A DNA stretch of 53,257 bases from a virus (Duplodnaviria; Caudoviricetes): IMG/VR virus record IMGVR_UViG_3300030376_008154, positions 1-53,257 of that record; one strand, written 5' to 3'. The translations under genes and the position numbers were made by a program. Positions 25,383-37,500 of this stretch are shown here, piece after piece. Numbering within the stretch: position 1 is the first letter of the stretch; every line of letters starts with the position of its first letter. Below the pieces are notes generated by a model. That model saw only the letters and a list, made by a program, of their open reading frames with translations, was not told where the DNA came from and searched no databases.

Positions 25383-26475
25383 AGTATATAGACAAGTAAG
25401 TCCTGATTTACCAACACCCATTAGAGATAAGTCGGGATTGGTGAGTTATGACCAAATGATAGCATACGTTAACTCTGTAAGTAAGACATCAGAATTTTAC
25501 GAACTAGTAGAGGCAAGAGTTACGAAGATTTACAGAGTTGAAGATGATTTAGATATTATAGTCAAGCCGAATGGTGATAAGACACGTGACTGGAATCAAA
25601 TAGGAACTTTAGATGCAATTATGATTCATAACGGTGAAGAAATAAAAGGAGTTCAACCATTGTGTTCTCATTTTAATTGTGCACCACTATCAGATGAAAA
25701 GGTTATAATATCAGAATATAGCGGTAGATACTACTATTCTTTTCCACTTGCTTCTATGGGAAAGGTTGATAATAACAGAGAAAAGATAGTTGTTGGGGAA
25801 TCGTTAGTATTTCCAAAATTAACATTTTTAAACAGACCACTTTTTACAGGACCTGGTGATACAACTATTCAAGGTAGATATGGTAACTATATGAATTTCG
25901 GTGGTGATATAGAAGAAAACGGATTACCATCCTTTCCATATATTATAATAGGTAATAATCAGAGTAGCGATACTATACAAAATGGACTAAAAATAAAGGA
26001 TTCAATGTTTCCACATTATCACGATATAAATAGTATTGGTTCATCAATTACCTTACGATCAAGTGATGTTAAAGCTGGTATTGTTAAATCTTATGATGAT
26101 GGAGAAGAAGATTTTTTACAAGGTGATTTGATAATCATAAATTCAGACGAGATATTATTTAATACAAAACAGGATGATATAATTTTATCTTCCGCAGACC
26201 AAATCAGATTGGGTGCAGTAAATGATGTTTTTATATCATCGGGTGTAAATGGTACAATTAGATTGGGTACAAAAGACCCCACAACAACTGTCGATCCTGT
26301 CGTAAAATACTCTACTTTATCATCCTTTTTATCAGAGTTTATAGATATAGTTTCAGCGACATTTAGTTTTGTGGAAACAGATCCTAATATTAAAGCAATA
26401 GGGGGTGTGCAAAAATTAAAAGGATTAAAAGATAAATTAGAATCGATAGCTAGCAAAAAAGTTTTCATAGATTAG
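25369..26475 (+). CDS. Putative baseplate hub/spike protein
   Basis: GDTTIQGRYGN and beta-helix-like IIINSDEILFN...IILSS segment; upstream of the gp25 homolog. Confidence 0.5.
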   Translation: MSKPKVYRQVSPDLPTPIRDKSGLVSYDQMIAYVNSVSKTSEFYELVEARVTKIYRVEDDLDIIVKPNGDKTRDWNQIGTLDAIMIHNGEEIKGVQPLCSHFNCAPLSDEKVIISEYSGRYYYSFPLASMGKVDNNREKIVVGESLVFPKLTFLNRPLFTGPGDTTIQGRYGNYMNFGGDIEENGLPSFPYIIIGNNQSSDTIQNGLKIKDSMFPHYHDINSIGSSITLRSSDVKAGIVKSYDDGEEDFLQGDLIIINSDEILFNTKQDDIILSSADQIRLGAVNDVFISSGVNGTIRLGTKDPTTTVDPVVKYSTLSSFLSEFIDIVSATFSFVETDPNIKAIGGVQKLKGLKDKLESIASKKVFID

Positions 26476-26484
26476 GACTGAATT

Positions 26485-27207
26485 ATGGGTATATTAGCAG
26501 ATCTTGCAAGAAAAGAAATTACTAAAAGAGCATCAGAAGAATTTGATAAAATAGATTTAAATATTTACAATAGAATTATAGTACCTTTAGAAGATAATAT
26601 CGATTTGTATCAAGAAAGAAGTGCTTTATTCATAGAGTATCAAGAAGCTGCTAACTTAGCCTATGATACCTATGAAGATATACAGACTATTAGAACTAAT
26701 GTTAAGCGAGCTAGAAAAACAGCAGAAGCAGCTCAAATCACAACTGATAGTAGTGATAAGGCTTCAAGAATTGCGTCAGCGTTAGATAAAATTTCTGCTG
26801 CAATTAGTTTTGGTTTAAAAATATTACGTCAGAAGCTTGGTGAGGAGATTGCTGAACTAAAGGATGTAGAAAAGCTTTTTGGACCAACTAAGGTTGAATT
26901 TGGTATTAGGAAGCAGAGAATTATCGATACTTTAAAAGCTCAGAAAAGAAGATTTGATTTGATTACAGAAAATAGAAGAAAGCAACAGGAAAAGATTACC
27001 GCGAAAAGAAATGCAATCAGTGCAAGAAGACAGTCAAGATTAGAAGGTCCAGGTGAAAGTACATTCGCGAATGTAACCGGACCTATTGGTCAAGCTAGAG
27101 ATTATGTTGTCGATACGGTTAATGAAGTTAGACGGGATCTTTTCACACCGGCTGAAGCAGCTGAGTTAGAGAAGAGTACAAAGACACAAGCTATTAAGTC
27201 AGCTTAA
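26485..27207 (+). CDS. Coiled-coil hypothetical protein
   Basis: Highly helical, charged ORF in the structural block. Confidence 0.65.
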   Translation: MGILADLARKEITKRASEEFDKIDLNIYNRIIVPLEDNIDLYQERSALFIEYQEAANLAYDTYEDIQTIRTNVKRARKTAEAAQITTDSSDKASRIASALDKISAAISFGLKILRQKLGEEIAELKDVEKLFGPTKVEFGIRKQRIIDTLKAQKRRFDLITENRRKQQEKITAKRNAISARRQSRLEGPGESTFANVTGPIGQARDYVVDTVNEVRRDLFTPAEAAELEKSTKTQAIKSA

Positions 27208-27252
27208 CAAACTTTTAAAAAAATAGATATTTATATTAAACAGGAGTTAAAT

Positions 27253-27666
27253 ATGTCAGATACAAAAAAACTTGTAAATTTGATTAGAGAATTAGTTAAA
27301 TCCGAAGTTAAAAAAGAACTTAATCAAATACTTATAAGTGAAGGTAAAAAAGCAATATCTGAAAAGATGCAATCTAATACCTTTAATAACTCAACACCCC
27401 TCAATGAAACAAAAAGTAGTGGAATGGAAGAATATCCAACTATGAGTGGTAAACCTTATGACACTAACAGAATGACAGAAATGTTGGGTTATGGAAATAT
27501 GATGGGTGATGCAGAAAGTAGAAGAAAAGCATCCGCTATACAAACTGCACAATCAGCCGGAGTCGATCCTAATAATCCTGCTGTTAAAGATGTTATGGAT
27601 AATCTTACAAAGGATTACAGAGGTGTGATGACAGCATTAAAAAAGAAAGATGGTAAATTATTATGA
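27253..27666 (+). CDS. Hypothetical protein
   Basis: AGGAG RBS and upstream ATATTTATA. Confidence 0.7.
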   Translation: MSDTKKLVNLIRELVKSEVKKELNQILISEGKKAISEKMQSNTFNNSTPLNETKSSGMEEYPTMSGKPYDTNRMTEMLGYGNMMGDAESRRKASAIQTAQSAGVDPNNPAVKDVMDNLTKDYRGVMTALKKKDGKLL

Positions 27667-28106
27667 GCGTAATTGAAAAAGATTTAGATCCAGATACATT
27701 TATAGGATTAACTCTACCTTTAGGTAGACACCAACAAGGTGTGTTCAAACGTACTCAAACTTTATTAGAACAAACTAAATCAAGTATAAAAAACCTTTTG
27801 CTAACTCGAAGAGGAGAAAGATTGGGTAACCCAAATTTTGGTAGTGATTTGTTCTTAGTATTATTCGAACCTGAAGGAACAGATTTAGAAAATCGTATTG
27901 AAGAAATCATAAGAGGAAGCATAAAAGAATTTTTACCATTTGTTAATATAAGAGAAATAACCTTTTCTTTTACAGGTAATATAATAAAACCAAGAATTAT
28001 TTTTTCTATTCAACAGAATCAATTGACATTAGAAGAGGTAACATTAGAATTACCTTCTTTGGAAGCTAACACCGAAGGAAATACTGGTGGTGGAACACCA
28101 GGTTAA
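27663..28106 (+). CDS. Baseplate wedge protein, GPW/gp25 family
   Basis: IKNLLLTRRGERLGNPNFGSDL...LFEP signature. Confidence 0.9.
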   Translation: MSVIEKDLDPDTFIGLTLPLGRHQQGVFKRTQTLLEQTKSSIKNLLLTRRGERLGNPNFGSDLFLVLFEPEGTDLENRIEEIIRGSIKEFLPFVNIREITFSFTGNIIKPRIIFSIQQNQLTLEEVTLELPSLEANTEGNTGGGTPG

Positions 28107-28118
28107 TAGGAGATTAAA

Positions 28119-30077
28119 ATGCCTTACTCAGCACCTAAAAATAATTCAGTAAAGGAAGTCAGATATCTTAATAAGGATTTTACATCCTTCAAAGCCAATT
28201 TAATTGAATTTGCTAAAACTTACTTTCCTAAAGATTATAACGATTTCAATGAATCTTCACCTGGTATGATGTTCATCGAAATGGCTTCATATGTTGGTGA
28301 CGTGCTTTCTTATTATATAGATAACCAATTTAAAGAATCTTTGATGGCCTTCGCACAAGAAAAAAGAACTGTTTATAATATGGCACAATCTTTTGGTTAT
28401 AAACCAAAACTATCAACACCTGCAGTTGCTAACGTTGATGTTTTTCAAACAGTACCTGCAATTAGTAGTGGAACAGGTACAAATTATGTTACTAATCCCG
28501 ATTTAAGATTTTCAATGAATATTAAAACTGGAATGGAGTTACAATCAACTTCCGGTGTAAAGTTCACAACAACTGAAGATTGTAACTTTAAATTTTCATC
28601 ATCCTACGATCCGTTAGAAATTTCTGTTTTTGAAACAAATGATGATGTACCTGTTAGTTATTTACTTAAAAAATCTGTAAGGGCTTATAGTGGTGATATT
28701 GCTCAAGACTTTTTTACTTTCGGTAATGCTGTAAAATACGATAGGGTTAGTCTTAGTAATGAAAATGTTACAGAAATATTATCGTGTACCGATAGTGATG
28801 GTAATAGCTGGTACGAAGTACCATATCTAGCACAAGATACAGTATTTGAAGATATGGAAAATACTTCTGATAATGATCCTGAGTTATCGCAGTATTCTGA
28901 TTCATCACCTTATTTACTAAAGCTTTTAAAAACATCAAGAAGATTTACAACTTTTATCAGAGAAGATAATAAAACTGAATTGAGATTCGGTGCTGGTGTA
29001 AGTGATAGTCCTGACGAAGAAATAGTTCCCAATCCTGATGAAGTTGGTTCCACTTTACCTGGTTCACCATCTAAATTGGGTGTCGCTTTCGATCCTTCTA
29101 ACTTTCTACAAACCAAAGCCTACGGTCAGGCACCATCTAATACAACCTTAACCTTAACATACAGGCACGGTGGTGGTGTTAGTCATAATATTTCATCAAA
29201 TAGTCTTACAAAAGTTCAAAGTTTAAATGTTGAATTAGACTCAACAGGATTAAATAGTGCGTTAGTTGCATCTACAAGATCGTCTTTAGCAGTAACCAAC
29301 CCAACACCCGCAAGAGGTGGAAGAAGTGCAGAAAGTATAGTCGAGGTAAAAAACAATACATTAGCATATTTTCAAGCACAGCAAAGAATTGTTACTAAAG
29401 AGGATTACATAATAAGGACTTATGCTTTACCGCCAAAGTTTGGTAATATTGCAAAAGTTTCCGTAATTCAAGATAGCCAATTAGACACAACTAATACTGG
29501 TGATGCAAATTCTGATAGTAGGATTATGAATCCACTAGCGGTTAATCTTTATGTTTTAGGATTTGATGCAAATAAAAAATTAACTCAAGTTAATCAAGCT
29601 ATTAAAGAAAATATACAAACTTACCTTACACAATTTAGAATGGTAACTGATGCAATAAATATTAAAGATGCTTTCGTAATTAACATAGGTGTAAAATTTA
29701 ATATATTGACAAAAGTTGGTTATAATGGTGAAGAAGTAGTTTTGAAAGCAATACAGAGAGTTAGAACCTTTTTCAATACAGATAAATGGCAAATAGGACA
29801 ACCTATAATATTAGCAGATTTAGCCTATCAGATTTCTTTAGTGGAAGGTGTGTCAGCAGTTGTACCACCAGAAGAAAATAATCCGAATCAATTACCGGTG
29901 TTGATTACAAATAAAGTTTTGTCATCACAAGGATATTCAGGTAATATTTACGATTTGAATTCTGCGACAAAAGAGGGTGTAATCTATCCTTCATTAGATC
30001 CAAGTTGTTTTGAGTTAAAATTTCCTAATGTAGATATTGAAGGAAGGGTTGTAGGAAGCTCAGCGGGAGGTAACTAA
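28119..30077 (+). CDS. Baseplate wedge protein (T4 gp6/baseplate J-like)
   Basis: YLNKDF...YNDF, YVGDVLSYY, LRFG.G, A.GG..AES and RIVTKEDY motifs. Confidence 0.88.
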   Translation: MPYSAPKNNSVKEVRYLNKDFTSFKANLIEFAKTYFPKDYNDFNESSPGMMFIEMASYVGDVLSYYIDNQFKESLMAFAQEKRTVYNMAQSFGYKPKLSTPAVANVDVFQTVPAISSGTGTNYVTNPDLRFSMNIKTGMELQSTSGVKFTTTEDCNFKFSSSYDPLEISVFETNDDVPVSYLLKKSVRAYSGDIAQDFFTFGNAVKYDRVSLSNENVTEILSCTDSDGNSWYEVPYLAQDTVFEDMENTSDNDPELSQYSDSSPYLLKLLKTSRRFTTFIREDNKTELRFGAGVSDSPDEEIVPNPDEVGSTLPGSPSKLGVAFDPSNFLQTKAYGQAPSNTTLTLTYRHGGGVSHNISSNSLTKVQSLNVELDSTGLNSALVASTRSSLAVTNPTPARGGRSAESIVEVKNNTLAYFQAQQRIVTKEDYIIRTYALPPKFGNIAKVSVIQDSQLDTTNTGDANSDSRIMNPLAVNLYVLGFDANKKLTQVNQAIKENIQTYLTQFRMVTDAINIKDAFVINIGVKFNILTKVGYNGEEVVLKAIQRVRTFFNTDKWQIGQPIILADLAYQISLVEGVSAVVPPEENNPNQLPVLITNKVLSSQGYSGNIYDLNSATKEGVIYPSLDPSCFELKFPNVDIEGRVVGSSAGGN

Positions 30078-31207
30078 TGCATTATTTTATTTTTCCAGAA
30101 AAAGATACGACAATATTTCAAATGAGTGCTAGTAAAAATACTGGTTTAGATGAGATTTTAGAAGTAAGAAAAGATTTAAATGCTTCAGGTAAAAATCCTA
30201 AAGTTTCTCGTGTACTGATTCAATTTGATTTAAATGAAATATCTAATTCTATGGTTAGGGGAACAATCGATTCTGATTCTGCAAGATTTTATTTAAATCT
30301 ATATGACGCAAATCCTACTAACTTATCTTATACTCAATCATTATATGCTTATGCTGTGAGTCAGAGTTGGGTGGTTGGTGAAGGCTTTTCTGCAGACAGT
30401 CCACTTACGGAGGAAGGATGTAGCTGGAGGTTTAGGGATGGTCAGACAGCTGCTACTCTATGGACAGGTTCCATATCTGCTTCAGGTGGAACTTGGTTTG
30501 ATGATGTTTATGCATCTCAATCATTCACATTTGCAACGAGAGATGTTCGTATGGACGTGACACCAATTGTAAATAAATGGTTAGGAAGTACAAGACCAAA
30601 TGATGGCTTTATTCTAAAAAGAAGTGGTAGTGTTGGTAATTTAGATATAAATACCGATGAGGGTAGTAATGATAGATTGGGTAACTTTTCATTTTTTTCA
30701 AGACAAACAAATACAATCTATCCACCAAAGTTAGAAGTTGAGTGGTACGATACAAAATGGAATACAGGTTCTCTATCTCCTCTAAATTCAACAGAATTAG
30801 AAGATACGGTTATCTATATGAAGAATATAAGAAAAACATATAAAGAAAATTCGAAAGTAAAATTTAGATTAGTAGGTAGAGGTAGATACCCCACTCGTTC
30901 AGCGTCAAATACATCATCAGAATTTTTAACTGTAAAGTATTTACCAAGTGGAAGTGTTCAAAGCATAGGTGGTGATGGGGCATACTATTCTGTTAGAGAT
31001 GCAGATACAGAAGAAGTTATTGTACCATACGGTACAGGTTCATTAATCAGCTGTGATTCTACAGGTAATTACTTTAATCTGTGGATGAACGGATTTCAAT
31101 CAGAAAGATATTACAAATTTGAATTTAAAGTGGTTAGTGGCAGTAATACAGTTGATGAAGTTGTAAATTTCTACGATGAAGATTATTTATTCAAAGTGGT
31201 GAGATGA
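30077..31207 (+). CDS. Virion structural protein (DNRLRE-like beta-sandwich)
   Basis: KDTTI...N.G.DEILE...SRVLIQFDL...NDGFILK...PKLEVEW; position in the baseplate block. Confidence 0.6.
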   Translation: MHYFIFPEKDTTIFQMSASKNTGLDEILEVRKDLNASGKNPKVSRVLIQFDLNEISNSMVRGTIDSDSARFYLNLYDANPTNLSYTQSLYAYAVSQSWVVGEGFSADSPLTEEGCSWRFRDGQTAATLWTGSISASGGTWFDDVYASQSFTFATRDVRMDVTPIVNKWLGSTRPNDGFILKRSGSVGNLDINTDEGSNDRLGNFSFFSRQTNTIYPPKLEVEWYDTKWNTGSLSPLNSTELEDTVIYMKNIRKTYKENSKVKFRLVGRGRYPTRSASNTSSEFLTVKYLPSGSVQSIGGDGAYYSVRDADTEEVIVPYGTGSLISCDSTGNYFNLWMNGFQSERYYKFEFKVVSGSNTVDEVVNFYDEDYLFKVVR

Positions 31208-31208
31208 T

Positions 31209-31517
31209 ATGCCATATACACAAGAAGAGCTTCAAAAAAATGAATACTATCAGAATCTAATCAATGAAGATGAACAGAGATACGAACAGCAAAGGGCACT
31301 ATATCAAACCGCATTTCTTGATAGCGGTGGTGAGAATGATGGGAGTCTTTTAGTAAGGGATAAGGATAACACAATACTACTATTTGAGAATCCATATACA
31401 GGTGAGTTATATGAAGATGAAACCACATCTTATGTAAAAACAGTTGAAGTAGAACAATTCAAAATAAATGAAGATATATTAGATGAAGTTATTAACAGAA
31501 ACATAACGGAATTATAA
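31209..31517 (+). CDS. Acidic hypothetical protein
   Basis: Coupled to both neighbours. Confidence 0.7.
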   Translation: MPYTQEELQKNEYYQNLINEDEQRYEQQRALYQTAFLDSGGENDGSLLVRDKDNTILLFENPYTGELYEDETTSYVKTVEVEQFKINEDILDEVINRNITEL

Positions 31518-34500
31518 TGGCAAGTAACTTAAAACAAAGTGATAAGGATTTATTATCTGCTGGTAATAAAATAAGAATCGGTAACAAGCCATATGAAAAT
31601 GGTATATTCGGTAGTAGAGAAAGTCGTGATTTTATATTTTTCCAGCTTACAGATATAAATGGAAATGTAATAGAATATAGAAACATTCCTTATAGCCAAA
31701 TAAACTTGCAGGAAAATGGAAATTTATTACTACAGCCCCCACAACAATTCAAAGACTCTGAAATTACCTCTGGTACATATAATGTTACATATAGATTTTT
31801 CAGAAGATTAGCTGGTGATGATACGACAATTCTAATTCGAACAGTTCCTAATGCAGAAGATGGTAAATTTATGATATGGGAGGATTATGAAAATATAGAA
31901 ATTACAGATGAAGGGTTGGTTTATGAAAAACTAAATGTTAACGGTGATTTTTTTGAAAGAGGTCAAGAGTTACAGGTAAAGAATTTAAAATATCAAATTG
32001 ACGAGATATCACCTTCAAGAACTGAAGTTAGGTTAAGAGCTCAAAATTTTGATGGATTAAACTATAAGGAAGATTTTTTCAGATTAGGCGAACAATTAAG
32101 AAAGTCTATTTCTATGCCAGGTTCAGTAATAGAATTTGTGGCAGATGATGGTGATTTAAATGATACGAATACCATACAAATTAACCCGATGATTGATGAC
32201 TTCGTATTCACACCACGAATGATTGATGGAACCGTACAGATAAATGATGTGTTTTTAGTTGATGAAATTTTAATAACACCTAAAAGCGATGACATCGCAA
32301 AAAATGGCGGTGGAGAGCTTACAGTCATAAGTGATTTAGGCGATGTAAAGAAATTAGGCGATGAATTTCAATGGGATACAAATCTTCACAGTAAAGCAAT
32401 ACAAGTTCAAGATTGGAGTAACGGTTTTTTAGGTTACCTTAATAAACCAACTTCCATATGGGGTGCTACAATAGGCTTAGGATACTTTGCACATTGGGTG
32501 CAAGGTGAAGGTAAGGGCGGTGGAATATGTATGAAATTTCCAGATATTAACCAAACCTTCGAGCAAACCATAGAAGATTGGCCAGCAGGAAATCCGCATC
32601 GACCATTATTAATACAACAACAATACTTTGATAGCTTGGAGGCATTCAATGTAAGTCACGGTGATAATATATTAGTAACCTTTGATGTAAAAAGTACAGT
32701 TATAAATAAACCATTAAGGGTAACTGCGAGATATCCTAATGAACCATTAACCGAACCTAAGCCAACCAATCCACCTAATGGTTTCTATGATCCAGATGCA
32801 CCAGATATTGATGAAGAAGTACCATCTATACCTGATGGTTTTATCGGACCAGGAGACCTTTCGGGTGTGGAACCTGAACCGCCTAGTAATCTCAATGGTA
32901 TAGTTGAATATTTTGATTTGGATGTTCAACAAGCAAATGCAATATCCATAGGTATTAACGGACCTTTACATATAGGTATGACAACAGCCGATACAATTTT
33001 CGGAGGAGTTGGTTTTTGGAAAGTTGAAGCTGTTGAAGGCTCAGGTAGTAGCTTATCAGTTTCGTGGATTGTCAATTCAGATTATTCAGGTTTTAATTTA
33101 TTTAATGGTTTAGTAAGTCCGGAAGGACAGTGGGTTTGGGATGGTGTAGCTATTTCTTGGTCTCCTAATACCGGTGGTGGGTGGTCATTACCTGAAGCCA
33201 CACCTGGTACGGTTAATTCGAGCGAATTTCCTAATGCAGTTAATAAAAGTATTTACCAACAAGAAAATGTGGGAGTTCCTGTTTTTGAAAGAACCACCCA
33301 AATTGGACAAAATGCTGGTTGGGTTACCGGTTTTGTAGGTGGAGGCGGTTCAAGTGCACGAGCAATATTAGTAAAGGATGATTTACTTTGGGAGGTAACT
33401 CCAAGTGCGGGTACTGATAGTGGGGTAAGGCATTACACATTTACTGAATTTTTTCTTACATCAACATATTCTTCTGGTATGACATCATATGGTTCGATTA
33501 AGCTTAATATCAATGAAGAAGGTGATGGTGTAGTAGATGTTAACGGTAAAACTTTGGATTATCTCATATTTGCCAACGGTGGTTTCATTCAGTCTATAAC
33601 TAGGGATAGAAAGTTAACTCAACCAGAAGATACACCATCGGGCTATGTAATTTGTTATAATGATGGTTTAGGTACGAATAAATCTAATAAGATTGCAAAC
33701 TTATATAGAGATACGGATTTTACATATAAAATAGAAATAAAAGCTATAGAAAATCTTTCTGGTGGAGAAGTATTGAACAACTCCATGCAGAATCTCGGTA
33801 ATCGTTGTGAAGTAACACTTAGAACCAGGCCTGATAAATCCTATCGATTTGATTTTTTCTTCTTAGTTGGAAGTAAGGTGTTTGTACGAAAAACTTCTAC
33901 ATCGAAACATTTTTTAAATCCAGCTAACTCTGTACAATCTGCAGAATTTAAATTTTTTGAATCACCTGACAACATTTCTGAAAATGACGAATTTAACCTT
34001 TGGCTGACAGAAGGTGAACCTCAGGTTTGTTTTGAAATGTATGGTATACCAGTCGGTAATGAGGATGATGATGAGCAACTTCATTACTGGTCAAAATTTC
34101 ATCATATAAAGTTTAACGAACAGCAGCTTGTAAAGAAAACTGGAACAGATGAAATTTCACCAGGTCTTTTAGTAGCTAATAGAATAGAAACAAATTTTAA
34201 TATCAATGATATATTTTTAGGTGCGGGTATTGTACAACGTACAGGTCCTGATGGTGGACAACCATTGGAGTTTGGAGTTCTGAACCCTTCTGCGATAAAC
34301 TTTAATCCGAATGCAGTTTACTCAGATAGCACAGTTCAACCAGAATTTGATTACAGTGCAGATCCTCGAAGAATTGGTACATTATCACCTGAAGAATTTT
34401 GGAGGTGGAGCGGTACTGTAGATTCCGGTTGGGAATATCAAGGTGTAATACCTATTGCATTCTCATCTACAAGACCAGCAGAACCGCCTATAAGAACTAC

Positions 34501-37500
34501 TAAATCTAATGAATGGGAAAGTTTTACGGTTTCAATTCCAGTAAGAGAAGATTGGATATTAAATGCTACCAGTGCGTGGTCTTTGAATTTTGAAGGACAT
34601 GATTTTACTGATACCAATACATTCGGTATAAGTTGGATTGATAATGTAGAGGTTAAATTTGAATTTACACAGCAATCAACCACAAAACAGATACTTAAAC
34701 CTTACGTCGCACAAATAAAAACTGTAAGTGATAATGGCTTGATAATTACCACAAACAAAACCTTTCAGGAAGCAGCAATAGAACTTAGTGATGATGATAA
34801 TCCTGTAGAAGCAGTTTATGATGGTACAAATAATGAGGGAGTGTATCTATCCTATCAAACTGAATATCTAATTTTTAATCCGCGAGAATTAAGAACTTAT
34901 ATAAAGTTAGAAAATAGTTTTTTCCTCACAACCAACTTCAGACAAGATAGACAATCAATTATAGAATATCCACATGGATTGGTATTCAAATTATATCAAC
35001 CATTACCTGAGAGTGTAAAGAGATTTGATGAAATAACTGTTGTAAAAGAGATGGTAGAACCTGCTGTAGAAAGAATGAGGGTTATTGATTTTATTCCAGA
35101 AGAAACTGGTGACAGAGTATTAAAGAGTCCTGATTTGGGTAATTTGGATAGCGGTATAGTTAGAAGAACCACTCAATTTAAATCAGAATCAGAAATATTA
35201 ACTGCTGATACGAATATATCAGAAAAATTGAAAAGTCAATTTATATCACAAAGCTTTGACAGTGCAGATATAAATGTCGATTATACTCAATACAAAAATT
35301 TTACAAATTTTGGTTCTGTAGAGAAAAGGTTAGAGAATTTTAAATATAAATTAGAACTCATTGAATCATATAATACTCAAAGCGGTTCTCTTGAAAGTAT
35401 TAGTGGCTCATTAAAAGATATGAGAAAATGGGAAGGATTAATCAAAGAGGTTAAGAATAATTTTGATGGTTTTGAAAGTTTTATGTATTTCGAAAGCTCT
35501 TCTTATATCTCTAGTTCGTTGGGGGTATTTCACGATAATGCTTGGCCTAAATCAAGTGGTACTGGTACGGTAAGAAGTCCTTATGTTTTAGCACACACCA
35601 CATCTTCACAAGCAAAAAATTGGTATAATAACTCATTAAAATCCGCATCACTCTATGATGAAGAAAATTTAAATAAATTAAGCTCCTTATTACCCGAGCA
35701 TGTTAGAGTTGATACTAACAATGACCTTTACTTAAAGTTTACGGATATGTTAGGACACCACTTTGATGAAATTTGGTTATATATAAAAGCTATGGGGGAT
35801 GTGTTTGATAGAAGAGAAAGTCTAGATCAAGGTATCTCAAAAGATTTATTATATGAGGTTGGAAAGTCATTGGGTTGGACTCTTAGTGATGGAACTGATT
35901 TAGTATCTTTACCAAGATATGCAACGGGTGCAGAAGTAACAGGTTCCAGCTACTCTGATTACTCAGCTATAGCAGAAAAAGATATGTCTCGTGAAATATG
36001 GAGTCGTATTATAAATAATATGCCATTCTTTTTAAAGCATAAAGGAACTGTTAAAGCATTAAAGGGTTTGATAAATGTATATGGAATACCATCAACTATT
36101 CTCAGAGTAAAGGAGTATGGTGGTCCTAATGTACCAAACAGCGATACCCCACAATTTGAAATAAGTCGTAAGTTTACTAAAGCGTTAGATTTTAGAGGTG
36201 GACAATTTGTAAAAACACCTTGGACTGGAAGTCTCACTGGTACGGAAAGAAAGCCCGATACTATAGAATTTAGATTTAAGGCAACAACAGGATCAAATCA
36301 AATATTAGTAGAAAAGAAATCTGCAAATCCATCTTCGAGCTTTTACATCAGATTAAAGGATAATAACTCTGTTGATAATAAAGGACATGTAAGTTTTCAA
36401 TTAAGTGGTTCTGATGGATTGAAAGAAATTTCATCATCCATGTTACCTATTTATGATGGTGATTTCTATTCTGTAATGTTAAGAAGAACTTCAGGTTCTG
36501 ATGCATCTAATATATCACAATCATTTGAATTATCAGTTGGTAAATACGATGCTAGTAGAAGTAAGATACAATATTTTTCAGCAGTAACAATGTCAACTGA
36601 TATAGCTGCTTCGTCATCTTTTAATAAAACTTATGCAGATGATGGAAATATATTTATTGGTGGTAATACTGATTTATCAAATGTGGGTTTAAGGCTTAGC
36701 GGCTCAGTTATGGAATATAGACATTGGACTGAAACTCTTGGTGTAAAACATTTTAAAAATCATATATCTAACCCAAAAGCTTATGAGGGTAATCACCAAA
36801 CCTCTTCTTATCAAAATTTAGTTTTAAGATATTCTTTTAACGATGATAAAAATTTAGCAACTGATACGGTAGGTATTAGAGATGTAAGTTCCACAGCAAC
36901 ACCAACTACATCTGGTTCTCATAATGGTTTTACAGGTAATTTTTATTCCAATGTAGTTGACGAAACAAAAACTCACATACCAAGTATCGGTGCGTTAAGA
37001 AGAGTAACAAATAAAGTTCGTATAGAAAGTAATTCCATCAAAGAAGGTGAGGTATTACAGTATAAAAAGAGAGCGACAAAAAGTGCTTATGACAGTGCAC
37101 CCAACGATTCTAACAAAGTAGGAATATTCTTTGCACCAACCGATGTGATTAATAATGATATAATTAATTCTGTTGGAGATTTGAACTTTGATAATTTCTT
37201 AGGTGATCCAAGAGATACAAAAGAATTAAGCTACAGAGGACTAAAACTTACATCAGATTCATATTGGAAAAAATATAATTCTCCAAACAGCTTTTGGGAT
37301 TATATTAGATTGTTGAAGTTTTATGACCAATCTTTATTTCCTCAACTTAAAAAAATGATTCCTGCTAGGGCAAAATCAAACGTTGGTGTACTTGTTGAAC
37401 CAAATATATTTGAAAGACCTAAAGTAGTTATGGGTAAGAATCCAACATTTGAGGATTTATCATTTACATCATCTATAAATCTAACTGATAGTGTAATATC

